Under the pieces are notes generated by a model that saw nothing but the letters and a program-made list of their open reading frames with translations, was not told the DNA's origin and searched no databases. This document shows positions 8,678-19,085 of a stretch of DNA of 40,976 nt, one piece after another; the first letter of the stretch is position 1, and every line of letters starts with the position of its first letter. The stretch is taken from assembly GCA_028280285.1 (NCBI GenBank), contig JANQMA010000030.1, forward strand, positions 1 to 40,976, in the 5' to 3' direction. Made by a program: the position numbers and the translations under genes. The stretch is from Candidatus Omnitrophota bacterium (GTDB lineage Bacteria > Omnitrophota > Gorgyraeia > Zapsychrales > Zapsychraceae).

Positions 8678-9424
8678 ATGGATGTGACATTAATCATTAG
8701 TTTTGTCATTTTTATGATAGTCTTTGTGGGGCTTGCCGGTTTTATCCTGCACAGAGTTTTTGTGGCCAATACCGACGGGGCGATCCAGCGTTTGGATAAT
8801 GAATACGCTGATGCGACAAAAAAGCAGGCCGAACTGAATAGAAAATTAAGGCAGTCTGATGAAGAGCTGGCCAAGCGCCGCGCAGAAGCCCGGGAGTTAA
8901 CGGAAAAGCTGCGTAGTGAAACCGAAGAAGAGACGAAGACTGAGCGGGATAATATTATTCAGAAAGCCCGTGCCGAAGGTGAAGAAATTATTGCCAAAGC
9001 GAAGGGGGCAACGGAAACTTTACGCAAAGAATTAGAAAAAGAAATGGATGCGAAGTTTATTCAATACAGCATGCGTATTTTAAATACCATTCTTGCTGAT
9101 CATGCGAAGGGGGCGTTTAATCAGGTTTTAGTTGATGAGTATCTGACCAAATTAAAAGATGCAGACCTTTCCAAAATTGGCCCTGATGTTAAAGATGTTG
9201 AGGTGACGGCAGCCGGGGAGATAGCTGATGATGTTAAGAGTAAAATAAGCGCAACATTAAAAGAGAAAGTTGGCCGTGATTTTAATGTAACCGTTAAACA
9301 AGATAAAGAACTTGGTGGCGGTATTGCGCTTAAATTCGGGAGTATGGCGCTTGATGGTAGTTTAAATGGTCTTATCCGCCAAGAAGGCCTTAAAATGCAG
9401 CAGGAAGTGGATGACCGAAACTAA
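8678..9424 (+). CDS. Fused b-delta peripheral-stalk subunit: N-terminal transmembrane helix, charged coiled coil, and a C-terminal OSCP/delta domain.
   Basis: The N-terminus has a TM helix 'LIISFVIFMIVFVGLAGFIL' followed by a Lys/Glu/Arg-rich helix. The C-terminus 'SKISATLKEKVGRDFNVTVKQDKELGGGIALKFGSMALDGSLNGLIRQ' matches the delta C-terminus '[49 protein letters not shown]'. An RBS 'aaaggag' lies upstream. Confidence 0.7.
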   Translation: MDVTLIISFVIFMIVFVGLAGFILHRVFVANTDGAIQRLDNEYADATKKQAELNRKLRQSDEELAKRRAEARELTEKLRSETEEETKTERDNIIQKARAEGEEIIAKAKGATETLRKELEKEMDAKFIQYSMRILNTILADHAKGAFNQVLVDEYLTKLKDADLSKIGPDVKDVEVTAAGEIADDVKSKISATLKEKVGRDFNVTVKQDKELGGGIALKFGSMALDGSLNGLIRQEGLKMQQEVDDRN

Positions 9425-9432
9425 GATTTTTT

Positions 9433-10284
9433 ATGGGAAAAGCAAACCGTAAAAAAATTGAATTGATTGAGACCGGTGAAATGGTGGGGCTTATTCAAAC
9501 CCTTAAGGATATTGCCGACAGTAAATATTATTCGATGCTCGGGGAAAAAGAGAAGTTAAGACGGTTTGGTGAGATGTTTGTTGAGTTTTTCCGTTTAATC
9601 AGTTTAACGGGATGCGAGCATCCGCTTATTAAAAATGACAATAAAAAGGTCGGGATTGTTGTTGCGACGGGAGAGGGAAGTTTTTTAGGAAAATTTAATG
9701 GCTCTATTTTAAGCCTTGCCGAGCGTCAACAGAAAGAATATGAAGAATATGAATACATTGCGGTCGGAGCGCGTGGCGCTGAACGTTTGGAACAATATAC
9801 GCCTGATTTAAAGGTTTTTTCCGGTTTTGAAGAAATCGGTATCTATGAGATGGCCATTCAGTTGAAAGATTATCTCATTGAAAAAATTATGGATGGTCAT
9901 TATGGCAAAATTATTGTTGTCTATTCCTGGCCGAAAACCCAGGACATTCAAAGACCACGGATTGTTAATTTATTGCCATGTATTGATTTGGCATCTAAGC
10001 AAGCGGAGTATGTCGAGGAGTTTGAAAAAGTCATTGAAGAGTCTGATTCGCGTGATACTGTCGGTATGTTGGCGCAGATTTGGGTTACATCCAGATTGTA
10101 TGAAATATTTTTAGATCTTCTTATTGCCGCGGCAGCGGCTCAGGCCTCATTTTTGGATGATAGTGTTGATAAGATGAAAAAGGAAGAAGTGAAAGCACGG
10201 TTTGCCTACCGTAAAGCCAAGAAGGGTGATATTGATAAAAGTTTGCGGGAAACATTTTCTGCACGATTGATTGCTAATGGATAA
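9433..10284 (+). CDS. atpG: F1 gamma-subunit-like protein (283 aa).
   Basis: Its length and its N- and C-terminal helices fit gamma. 'KKVGIVVATGEGSFLGKFNGSILS' aligns with gamma '[24 protein letters not shown]', and 'YIAVGARGAERL' with 'LAMIGSKGVSFF'. It is positioned between b-delta and beta. Confidence 0.6.
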   Translation: MGKANRKKIELIETGEMVGLIQTLKDIADSKYYSMLGEKEKLRRFGEMFVEFFRLISLTGCEHPLIKNDNKKVGIVVATGEGSFLGKFNGSILSLAERQQKEYEEYEYIAVGARGAERLEQYTPDLKVFSGFEEIGIYEMAIQLKDYLIEKIMDGHYGKIIVVYSWPKTQDIQRPRIVNLLPCIDLASKQAEYVEEFEKVIEESDSRDTVGMLAQIWVTSRLYEIFLDLLIAAAAAQASFLDDSVDKMKKEEVKARFAYRKAKKGDIDKSLRETFSARLIANG

Positions 10285-10291
10285 TTCTTAA

Positions 10292-11947
<1,656 letters not shown>

Positions 11948-11949
11948 AA

Positions 11950-14151
11950 ATGAAAAGTGCCGATAATAAAATAAAAAGTGCGCTCATCCGTTTTAATGTT
12001 CTAAGTGAAGAAGAATTAGCCCCCCATGTTTCAGCCGCCCAAGAGGCAGGCTTACCCCTTAAAAGTTATTTACTTCAAAACGAAATTGTCACGGAAAAAC
12101 AGATTCTCATAGCGGTCTCGCAGAGTGTCAATTTGCAGACAGTTGATTTAAATACAGCGGATATTGAACAAAGCCTTCTTGATAAAGTTCCTATCAAAAT
12201 TGCCTGGCATTATAAAGTCATCCCTTTAAAGATTGAGAGTGATATTTTATATGTGGTGGCATCCGAACCGCTTAATGTTAAAATCCTTGACGAGATCCGT
12301 ATGCATATTGGCCATGAGGTTGAGGTTATGCTAAGCACCCATACGCAGCTTATGGATGGGTTTAAGAAATATTATGGCTTTGCGTCTGATACCATTGATA
12401 AAATCATGACAAAGGAGCCGCAGCGGGCGAGTGTAAGCGCGGCCAATGCCGGCCAATGGGTTGAAGATATTGAAAAAGAAACGGATGACCCGACAGTTTC
12501 TAATCTGGTTAATCAGATTTTACTGGAAGCTTATAAAAAGCGCGCGACAGATATTCATATTGAACCGTACCGGGATAAGGTAAGATTCAGATACCGCATT
12601 GATGGTGTTTTGGTGGACGCGAATCTTCCTGAAAAAGTAAAACATTTTCTGCCTCCCATTCTTTCACGTATTAAAATCTTAGCGAACCTCAGCATTACGG
12701 AGAAAAGAGTGCCGCAGGACGGTAGTGCCGTTGTTAAAACAACCGAAGAGCAACTTGATTTGCGTGTTTCCACTGTGCCGACACCGCGTGGAGAAAGCAT
12801 GGTCATCCGCATTTTGCCGACGAAGGTAAGGCTGTTCAGTTTGGAAAAACTCGGGTTTGAAGATAAAGATGTGAAACATTTTAGAAACATGATTAAAAAA
12901 CCCCATGGTATTATTTTTATCACTGGGCCGACAGGAAGTGGAAAGACAACGACCCTTTATGCCTGTTTAAATGAAATTAACTCATCGGAAACAAAGATTA
13001 TTACCATTGAGGATCCGGTCGAGTATGAAATGGAAGGCATTACACAAGTTCAGGTTAATAACAAACTTAAATTTTCATTCTCAACCGGGTTGAGAAGTCT
13101 TTTGCGTCATGATCCGGATATTATTATGGTAGGTGAGGTGCGTGATTTAGAAACAGCGGAGATTTCTATCCGCACAGCCCTGACAGGCCATCTTGTGTTT
13201 TCAACATTGCATACCAATGATGCCCCAAGTGGTGTGACACGTTTAATCGATATGGGGATTGAACCTTATCTGGTGTCCTCAAGTGTCGAAGCCTTTGTGG
13301 CCCAGCGTTTGGTGCGTACGATTTGTCCTAAATGCAAAAAGGGAGTCGAAGATGTTTCCCCGGCTATTGTCGAGGAGATTGTGCAATCATTAAAAATCAA
13401 AGATCCATCGACGATGAAATTTTATGAAGGCGCCGGGTGTGATCATTGCAACCAGACAGGGTTTTTTGGAAGACAGGCTATTTATGAAATATTGAACATT
13501 AATGATACGTTGCGGGCGGCTATTATTGAAAAACCCCGTTCCGATTATATTAAAAGAATTGCCATTGGCGAAGGCATGAAAACATTGCGGCAAAATGGCT
13601 GGGAGGCTGTTTTAAAGGGGTTAACCACAGTCAACGAAGTCCTCAATGTTTCTGTGCGTGATAAGGTTTATCAAGGTGATGCCGTCGTTTCACCTGATTC
13701 TTCTCAAGTCACTGTGAATGAACAGAGATTGCCTAAACCGGCCCAAAATTTCGGTAAAAATAATCGCAGTTATCCGCGTATTGAAGATCCTGTCAAAATG
13801 CGCTACAGGCTCTTGCGGAAAGACCCCCAAGATCCGAGTTTTTTATTAACCGACGGTGTTGAACATCCAACTAAAACAATTGATATCAGCGCCGCAGGTT
13901 TAAGGTTTGTGTCTAATGCCTTGATTGAAATAGGGACTATCTTAGAAATCAAGATTCAATTTGGCGGAGACTTTCCAAGTATCGATTGTCTGGCAAAGGT
14001 CTGCCGCGTCGAAGATGAAGGGGAGAAAAATCTTTTTGGTATCGTTACGTATTATTTGGATATTTCAAGTGCCGATAAAGCCTTGATTAATAAATATGTC
14101 GAGGGAAAGCTAGCTGCATCTTCCGCCGAAGTTAAACATAAAACTTCTTAA
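11950..14151 (+). CDS. gspE: GspE/PilB-family secretion-pilus assembly ATPase (733 aa). It has an N-terminal GspE-N/MshEN-like domain, a Walker ATPase core with a tetracysteine motif, and a C-terminal PilZ-like domain.
   Basis: Walker A 'GPTGSGKTTTL'. 'IITIEDPVEYE' and 'MVGEVRDLETAE'. Cysteine cluster 'CPKC...CDHC'. The C-terminal ~110 aa contain 'RSYPR' and 'RYRLLRK', followed by 'IDISAAGLRF' (RxxxR ... DxSxxG, as in PilZ). It starts 2 nt after the atpD stop. Confidence 0.85.
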   Translation: MKSADNKIKSALIRFNVLSEEELAPHVSAAQEAGLPLKSYLLQNEIVTEKQILIAVSQSVNLQTVDLNTADIEQSLLDKVPIKIAWHYKVIPLKIESDILYVVASEPLNVKILDEIRMHIGHEVEVMLSTHTQLMDGFKKYYGFASDTIDKIMTKEPQRASVSAANAGQWVEDIEKETDDPTVSNLVNQILLEAYKKRATDIHIEPYRDKVRFRYRIDGVLVDANLPEKVKHFLPPILSRIKILANLSITEKRVPQDGSAVVKTTEEQLDLRVSTVPTPRGESMVIRILPTKVRLFSLEKLGFEDKDVKHFRNMIKKPHGIIFITGPTGSGKTTTLYACLNEINSSETKIITIEDPVEYEMEGITQVQVNNKLKFSFSTGLRSLLRHDPDIIMVGEVRDLETAEISIRTALTGHLVFSTLHTNDAPSGVTRLIDMGIEPYLVSSSVEAFVAQRLVRTICPKCKKGVEDVSPAIVEEIVQSLKIKDPSTMKFYEGAGCDHCNQTGFFGRQAIYEILNINDTLRAAIIEKPRSDYIKRIAIGEGMKTLRQNGWEAVLKGLTTVNEVLNVSVRDKVYQGDAVVSPDSSQVTVNEQRLPKPAQNFGKNNRSYPRIEDPVKMRYRLLRKDPQDPSFLLTDGVEHPTKTIDISAAGLRFVSNALIEIGTILEIKIQFGGDFPSIDCLAKVCRVEDEGEKNLFGIVTYYLDISSADKALINKYVEGKLAASSAEVKHKTS

Positions 14152-14169
14152 ATCCTTTCGTAATTCATT

Positions 14170-15378
14170 ATGATGACGACATATGTTTATACCGCAAAAA
14201 AAAGTAATGCCGAGACGGTCGAAGGACGTATTAACGCTTCTTCCGAAGAAGAGGCCATTGATTTAATCAATCAGCTTGGGCTTCTGCCTGTTTCGGTCGA
14301 TGTTGCCGATAAAGAAGAACACGCGCCGGTCAAGGTGAGGGGGACGATCAAATCAAAGGACCGGCTGCTTTTTTCCCGCCAACTGGCCAATCTTCTTAAA
14401 TCCGGACTGCCGCTTTTAAAAGCACTTAAAATTTTAGAAGAACAAACACATAACCGTTATTTTCGAAGAGTGATCCGTCAAATCGCCGATGGGGTTCAAA
14501 ATGGACGTTCTTTTTCAGAATGCCTGGAGGATTATCCACAGATATTCTCCAATCTTTTTGTCACAATGGTACGGGCCGGGGAGGAAAGTAGTAATTTAGA
14601 AGAAATGCTTGTGCATGTCTCTGCGTATCAAAAGCGACAGGAAGATATTAAATCAAAGGTTAAAACGGCGATGACATATCCGGCCCTAATGGCTTTCGTG
14701 GGGGTGCTTGCTGTTTATTTTATTTTAACATTTGTGCTTCCTAAAATGGCAGGGCTTTTTGACAGTATAGGTGAGGCACTGCCTTTGCCCACAGTCATTT
14801 TATTTGCGTTGAGTGATATTTTAACAACTAATGGCTGGTCGATTTTAATCGGATTTACAGTCTTGGTTATGATGATACGCGCTGTCGGATACTTAGAATT
14901 TGGGAAAATATTCACAGGCAGTTTTGTATTAAAGATACCTCTTTTTGGGGACATTATCCATAAGAGCGAGCTTTCACGTTTTGCGCAGGCACTTGTACTG
15001 CTTCTTAAAAATGGTGTGGCTATTCTCCGTGCTCTTGATGTGGCCGTACCTATCATAAGTAACCGTGTTTTGCAGGCAGATTTTGCCGCGTGTAAAGAGG
15101 CGCTCAGCAAAGGTGACTCATTCGGGGAAACGCTCAAAGGGTCGAAGCATGTTCCTTCTATCATGGCCCATACCATAGCGGTGGGGGAGGAGTCCGGGCA
15201 TTTGAATGAAGTGTTGACGGAAATTGCAGACAGTTATGAAGAAGAAACGAATGAGGCAATTAAGGTGGCCACGACACTGATTGAGCCGCTGATGATTATG
15301 ACAATCGGTCTTGTCATTGGTTTTATAATTTTTGCCATGCTCCTGCCTATTTTTCAAATCGATATGCTGGCGGCATAA
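14170..15378 (+). CDS. gspF: GspF/PilC-family inner-membrane platform protein.
   Basis: 402 aa. It has two repeated cytoplasmic domains ('LANLLKSGLPLLKALKIL', 'AQALVLLLKNGVAILRAL') and three TM segments, and sits in the canonical position after the ATPase. Confidence 0.8.
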   Translation: MMTTYVYTAKKSNAETVEGRINASSEEEAIDLINQLGLLPVSVDVADKEEHAPVKVRGTIKSKDRLLFSRQLANLLKSGLPLLKALKILEEQTHNRYFRRVIRQIADGVQNGRSFSECLEDYPQIFSNLFVTMVRAGEESSNLEEMLVHVSAYQKRQEDIKSKVKTAMTYPALMAFVGVLAVYFILTFVLPKMAGLFDSIGEALPLPTVILFALSDILTTNGWSILIGFTVLVMMIRAVGYLEFGKIFTGSFVLKIPLFGDIIHKSELSRFAQALVLLLKNGVAILRALDVAVPIISNRVLQADFAACKEALSKGDSFGETLKGSKHVPSIMAHTIAVGEESGHLNEVLTEIADSYEEETNEAIKVATTLIEPLMIMTIGLVIGFIIFAMLLPIFQIDMLAA

Positions 15379-15379
15379 G

Positions 15380-16174
15380 ATGAATTTAGCTAAAGTTGTT
15401 TTCTTTCTTTTATTTCTTATCTTCGGTTCTTCGTATGTTTACGGCGAAACTTTTAAGAGCGAACATTTTACAATTACGGCCTCCCCGACGATCAGTGCTT
15501 CGTGGAATAAATCTGTTTTACGCAAAGCGGAGTATCACTATGATCGCATATCCAGGCGGCTTGGATTTAGCAAATACTCCAATTATTGGACATGGGAAGA
15601 CCGTGTGAATATCAAACTCTATGCTGATCAAAAAGAATTTATGGCGAAAACCAATCAGCCGGCCTGGGCGATAGGGGGTGCTCAATACGGGCATCGTTTT
15701 TCCCAGGGGCGTTCGATTATCAGTTTCAAACAAGAGCAGGGTTTTCTTAACGGCATCTTACCGCATGAAATTAGCCATTTAATTCTGCGTGATTTTATTG
15801 GGTATGATAAGACCATTCCACTTTGGTTTGATGAAGGGGTGGCGCAGCTGTTTGAAGAAGGTAAGCCACAAAAGGCCCACAAGGCTATGAAAGACTGGGT
15901 GAGGGTCAATAAACCGATCCCCTTTAATCAATTATTTAAATATGATGTGCGTTATGAAACAAATCCTTTAAGGGTGAGTATTTATTATGCCCAGTGCTTA
16001 ACCATTGTGGATTATATGATTAAGATTCACGGGAGCAATAAATTTGCCAAACTATGCCGGGCGATGAAGGATGGCAAGCCATTTGATCAAGCGCTCCTGA
16101 GCACCTACAAACTGGTATTTAATTCTGTAGAAGATTTTGAAAAAAAATGGTTAAGTTATATGAAAACGTATTAA
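15380..16174 (+). CDS. Secreted HExxH zinc metallopeptidase-like protein (~264 aa) with a signal peptide.
   Basis: The start was moved to ATG 15380, 1 nt after the gspF stop; the track ORF 15332 overlaps gspF. The N-terminus 'MNLAKVVFFLLFLIFGSSYVYGET' looks like a signal peptide. An 'ILPHEISHLI' HExxH motif is present, with a downstream 'FDEGVAQL' possibly supplying the third ligand. Confidence 0.5.
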   Translation: MNLAKVVFFLLFLIFGSSYVYGETFKSEHFTITASPTISASWNKSVLRKAEYHYDRISRRLGFSKYSNYWTWEDRVNIKLYADQKEFMAKTNQPAWAIGGAQYGHRFSQGRSIISFKQEQGFLNGILPHEISHLILRDFIGYDKTIPLWFDEGVAQLFEEGKPQKAHKAMKDWVRVNKPIPFNQLFKYDVRYETNPLRVSIYYAQCLTIVDYMIKIHGSNKFAKLCRAMKDGKPFDQALLSTYKLVFNSVEDFEKKWLSYMKTY

Positions 16175-16226
16175 AGTGTAGTATATTGGATTATAGTATG
16201 AGTAAGGAAAAATTGGAGGAAGACAT

Positions 16227-16655
16227 ATGAAATTGATCCAGAAATTGCGTGCTAAAAGAGCCTTTACACTGGTTGAAATTTTACTGGTGGTTATCATAAT
16301 CGTAGCCTTATCTTCGATGGTCGTGCCACGCTTGGTCGGACGAGGTGAGCAGGCCAAGGTCTCGGTGGCTAAGTCGGATATCGATGCTAATTTGGCAACA
16401 GCGCTAAAATTATATGAGCTTGATAACGGCAATTTCCCTACAACCAATCAAGGTCTTAAGGCCCTGCGCGTTAAACCTACCGTAAGTCCTGTTCCAAACA
16501 ACTGGAATGGCCCTTATGTGGAAAAAGATTTGGTTGATCCGTGGGGTAATCCTTATGTCTACACTTCTCCTGGCAGCAATAATCCTGATTACGACTTGCA
16601 TTCCGAAGGGGCCGACCCGGATTCAGACGAAGATGATGTTAAAAATTGGGATTAA
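16227..16655 (+). CDS. gspG: Major pseudopilin GspG (type II secretion / type IV pilin-like).
   Basis: Prepilin leader and N-methylation region 'KRAFTLVEILLVVIIIVAL' with Glu at +5. The GspG core 'AKSDIDANLATALKLYELDNGNFPTTNQGLKAL' and 'NNWNGPYVEKDLVDPWGNPYVY' are present. Confidence 0.85.
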   Translation: MKLIQKLRAKRAFTLVEILLVVIIIVALSSMVVPRLVGRGEQAKVSVAKSDIDANLATALKLYELDNGNFPTTNQGLKALRVKPTVSPVPNNWNGPYVEKDLVDPWGNPYVYTSPGSNNPDYDLHSEGADPDSDEDDVKNWD

Positions 16656-16710
16656 CCCAAGACACCTAATTCATATCATTACTGTCGATTTAACTATGAG
16701 TTAAATCAGA

Positions 16711-17130
16711 ATGTCTAAAAAAAATTCCAAACACAATTCATCGGGCTTTACCCTCATTGAACTTCTTTTAACCATTTCCATCGTCTCGGTTAGTATTGTC
16801 GCGATCTTTCAGTCGCTGCTTATCTCTCTTGACCGCATACGTTATTTAACGCACCGCATGCATGCCACCACAATATTGGATAACCGGTTGACGGAAATTG
16901 AAAACACATTACGTGTTTATAAATCGCTTCCTTTTGAATTAAATCATACAGAAACGGCTGATGTTGGCGGACAAATTGTTCAATTCAAACAGTCGATGAA
17001 TCTGAGGGCCTTAGAGGAATATGTGGATATTTTTCAACTTGATTTAACATTAACGTGGGAACAAAATGACCAGACAAAGTCATTATCCCGCTCAACCTAT
17101 ATTTCCGATTTTGATTATTATCATCAATAA
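16711..17130 (+). CDS. Minor pseudopilin of GspI/H size (139 aa).
   Basis: Prepilin N-terminus 'SSGFTLIELLLTISIVSVSIVAIF' with G-1, F+1 and E+5. Small periplasmic domain. Confidence 0.6.
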   Translation: MSKKNSKHNSSGFTLIELLLTISIVSVSIVAIFQSLLISLDRIRYLTHRMHATTILDNRLTEIENTLRVYKSLPFELNHTETADVGGQIVQFKQSMNLRALEEYVDIFQLDLTLTWEQNDQTKSLSRSTYISDFDYYHQ

Positions 17131-17349
17131 TAATTAAAAAATGAGAAGTAAAAATTAAAAAAGAAAATTGAGAATTGAAAAAAAATAAGAATGAAAAAGG
17201 TATTTAGTAATTGGTAATTAGTAGTTAGCGGCTTGGGAAATCAATTACAAATTACTAACTACCAAATACCATTTGTAATTTTACCTTTTTAATTTGTTTT
17301 ATTTTTTCATTTTCTTTTTTATTTTTGCTTTTTTAATTTTCAATTAATT
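17131..17349. repeat. 219-bp extremely AT-rich imperfect inverted repeat filling the gap between two minor pseudopilin genes. Arms are ~95 nt (purine-rich left, pyrimidine-rich right), with a 22-nt spacer and terminal 'taattaa'/'ttaatta'. MITE-like element or long intercistronic RNA hairpin.
   Basis: The left arm 'aaaattaaaaaagaaaattgagaattgaaaaaaaataagaatgaaaaaggtatttagtaattggtaattagtagttag' is ~70% complementary to the right arm 'ctaactaccaaataccatttgtaattttacctttttaatttgttttattttttcattttcttttttatttttgcttttttaatttt'. Confidence 0.55.
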
Positions 17350-17952
17350 ATGTTTTCACGTATTCACAATAAATATGCTATGACCTTCATTGAGGTTCTT
17401 ATTGTCACAGCGCTTGTATCTGTTGTGAGCCTTGCCTTGTATCATGGTTTTTCTAACGGGCTTAAGGTATGGAAACGCAGTCAACAGGTTGTGGTAGAAG
17501 AGAACATCATTATTTTCTTTGAAAAGATAACCAAAGATCTTCAAAATGCATATAAATTTTCGACGATTACATTTCAAGGGAATAGAAGTAAATTTTCTTT
17601 TCCTGTTATTTTACCAGTTAAAATAAGCAGCACTTTAAGTAACAAAGAATCGGTTTATGCACAGCAATTGGCACGGGTGGAGTATTATTATGACTATAAT
17701 AAAGAAACTATTTTCCGCCGGGAAGGTAATTATGGACAGGCATTGAAGGATCAATACTTTGAGCCCCGCAAAGTGGTTGAAGGTGTCGACGGGCTCATGT
17801 TTAAATATTATTATATGACGGATAATGATGAAATCTATAGCGAAGATATATTAGAAACAATTCCTTCGAAAATTGCGGTGACAATTGAATTCATTGATAA
17901 CGGCTACCGCCGGGCCATGACGAAATATATTCCGGTTCCTATTGGGAGTTAG
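17350..17952 (+). CDS. Minor pseudopilin of GspJ size (200 aa).
   Basis: Prepilin-like N-terminus 'KYAMTFIEVLIVTALVSVVSLALY' with A-1, M+1 and E+5. Its length matches GspJ. Confidence 0.5.
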   Translation: MFSRIHNKYAMTFIEVLIVTALVSVVSLALYHGFSNGLKVWKRSQQVVVEENIIIFFEKITKDLQNAYKFSTITFQGNRSKFSFPVILPVKISSTLSNKESVYAQQLARVEYYYDYNKETIFRREGNYGQALKDQYFEPRKVVEGVDGLMFKYYYMTDNDEIYSEDILETIPSKIAVTIEFIDNGYRRAMTKYIPVPIGS

Positions 17953-17973
17953 TATTTAGGGAATAAGGGTCAT

Positions 17974-19008
17974 ATGCTAAGGATAATGAATAAGTACAAT
18001 CAAAAAGGATCAATACTGATTTTTTCTTTATGGATTGTTGCGCTGTTAACCGTATTTGTCGTTCAGATCGGCATGCGTATCCGTCAACGTGTAACGGTAT
18101 TATCCCGCATAGAAACAACAGCGAGTTTAAGGCATGTGGCGGCATCCGGCGTTAAAAAGGCCTTATCCACGCTCAAACTAGATTTTGAAAAAAATAATCA
18201 AGTTTATACAGCGTATGGAAAACATTTCCGGCATAATAATGACAGTAAATTTTCAAACATTGTATTACCGACAGGTACGGCGCGTGTTTTTTACAAGTCA
18301 TCTGAAGGGCTTTCCGGAGGGTCTGCTATGCGATTTGGATTTGTGGATGAAGAACGTAAGCTCAATATCAATACCGCCGAGCATAGTGAAATTCAAAGGT
18401 TGATCGAAAGTGTGACGGAGGCGGATGTTGATAAGGCGACAGATATTGCTAATGCCATTGTTAGTTGGCGTGAAATTGGGGATGTGGAATTAATCGGTTT
18501 TTATAGCGATGACTATTATGCTCAGCTTCCCTACCCGTATGAACCACGCAAGATACCTTTTGAGCTGATTGATGAACTCAGACTTTTAAGAGGGGTTACA
18601 GAGGACATTTTTCAGGCATTGTTTCCTTATGTAACGGTTTATGGAAACGGCAAGGTCAATATCAACACCGTTTCTGTGCCAGTCCTCAGGGCGCTGGGAT
18701 TGGACGATGCTGTGATCGATAAATTAGTTGCGGTCCGGCAGGGCCCGGATGGTATGGAAAGTACCGTGGATGACTATATCTTTCATAAAACTTTTGATGT
18801 GGCCAGCGAGGTTGCTGCGTTTATTGATCTCGATGAATCAGAAATCACGCAAATCGACTCTTTGAATAGATCTCAAAAAATTGGAACCAATTCATTTTTT
18901 TACACCATTGAGAGTCATGCCACAATACCGAACCAAAACGACACTTTAAGCGCTATTTGTACGTATAATTTGAGGGAAAACCGCATTGAATATTGGCGTG
19001 AAAAATAA
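17974..19008 (+). CDS. gspK: GspK-like large minor pseudopilin (344 aa).
   Basis: N-terminus 'QKGSILIFSLWIVALLTVFVVQIG'. Two helix-hairpin-helix-like segments ('KLNINTAEHSEIQRLIESV' and 'KVNINTVSVPVLRALGLDDAVIDKLVAVR') as in GspK. Size and position after the minor pseudopilins fit. Confidence 0.55.
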   Translation: MLRIMNKYNQKGSILIFSLWIVALLTVFVVQIGMRIRQRVTVLSRIETTASLRHVAASGVKKALSTLKLDFEKNNQVYTAYGKHFRHNNDSKFSNIVLPTGTARVFYKSSEGLSGGSAMRFGFVDEERKLNINTAEHSEIQRLIESVTEADVDKATDIANAIVSWREIGDVELIGFYSDDYYAQLPYPYEPRKIPFELIDELRLLRGVTEDIFQALFPYVTVYGNGKVNINTVSVPVLRALGLDDAVIDKLVAVRQGPDGMESTVDDYIFHKTFDVASEVAAFIDLDESEITQIDSLNRSQKIGTNSFFYTIESHATIPNQNDTLSAICTYNLRENRIEYWREK

Positions 19009-19085
19009 TGATTTTATGTTGATTGGTTTTTATTATTTAATATATAATAACTATCAATATAAAGAGTTTAGAAAAGGAATCTGTA

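Noticed and set aside
15332-15379. The track's longer start for the metallopeptidase ORF (15332).
   Set aside because: It would overlap the gspF 3' end by 47 nt and begin 'MPCSCLFFKSICWRHK'. The ATG at 15380 gives a clean signal peptide 1 nt after the gspF stop.
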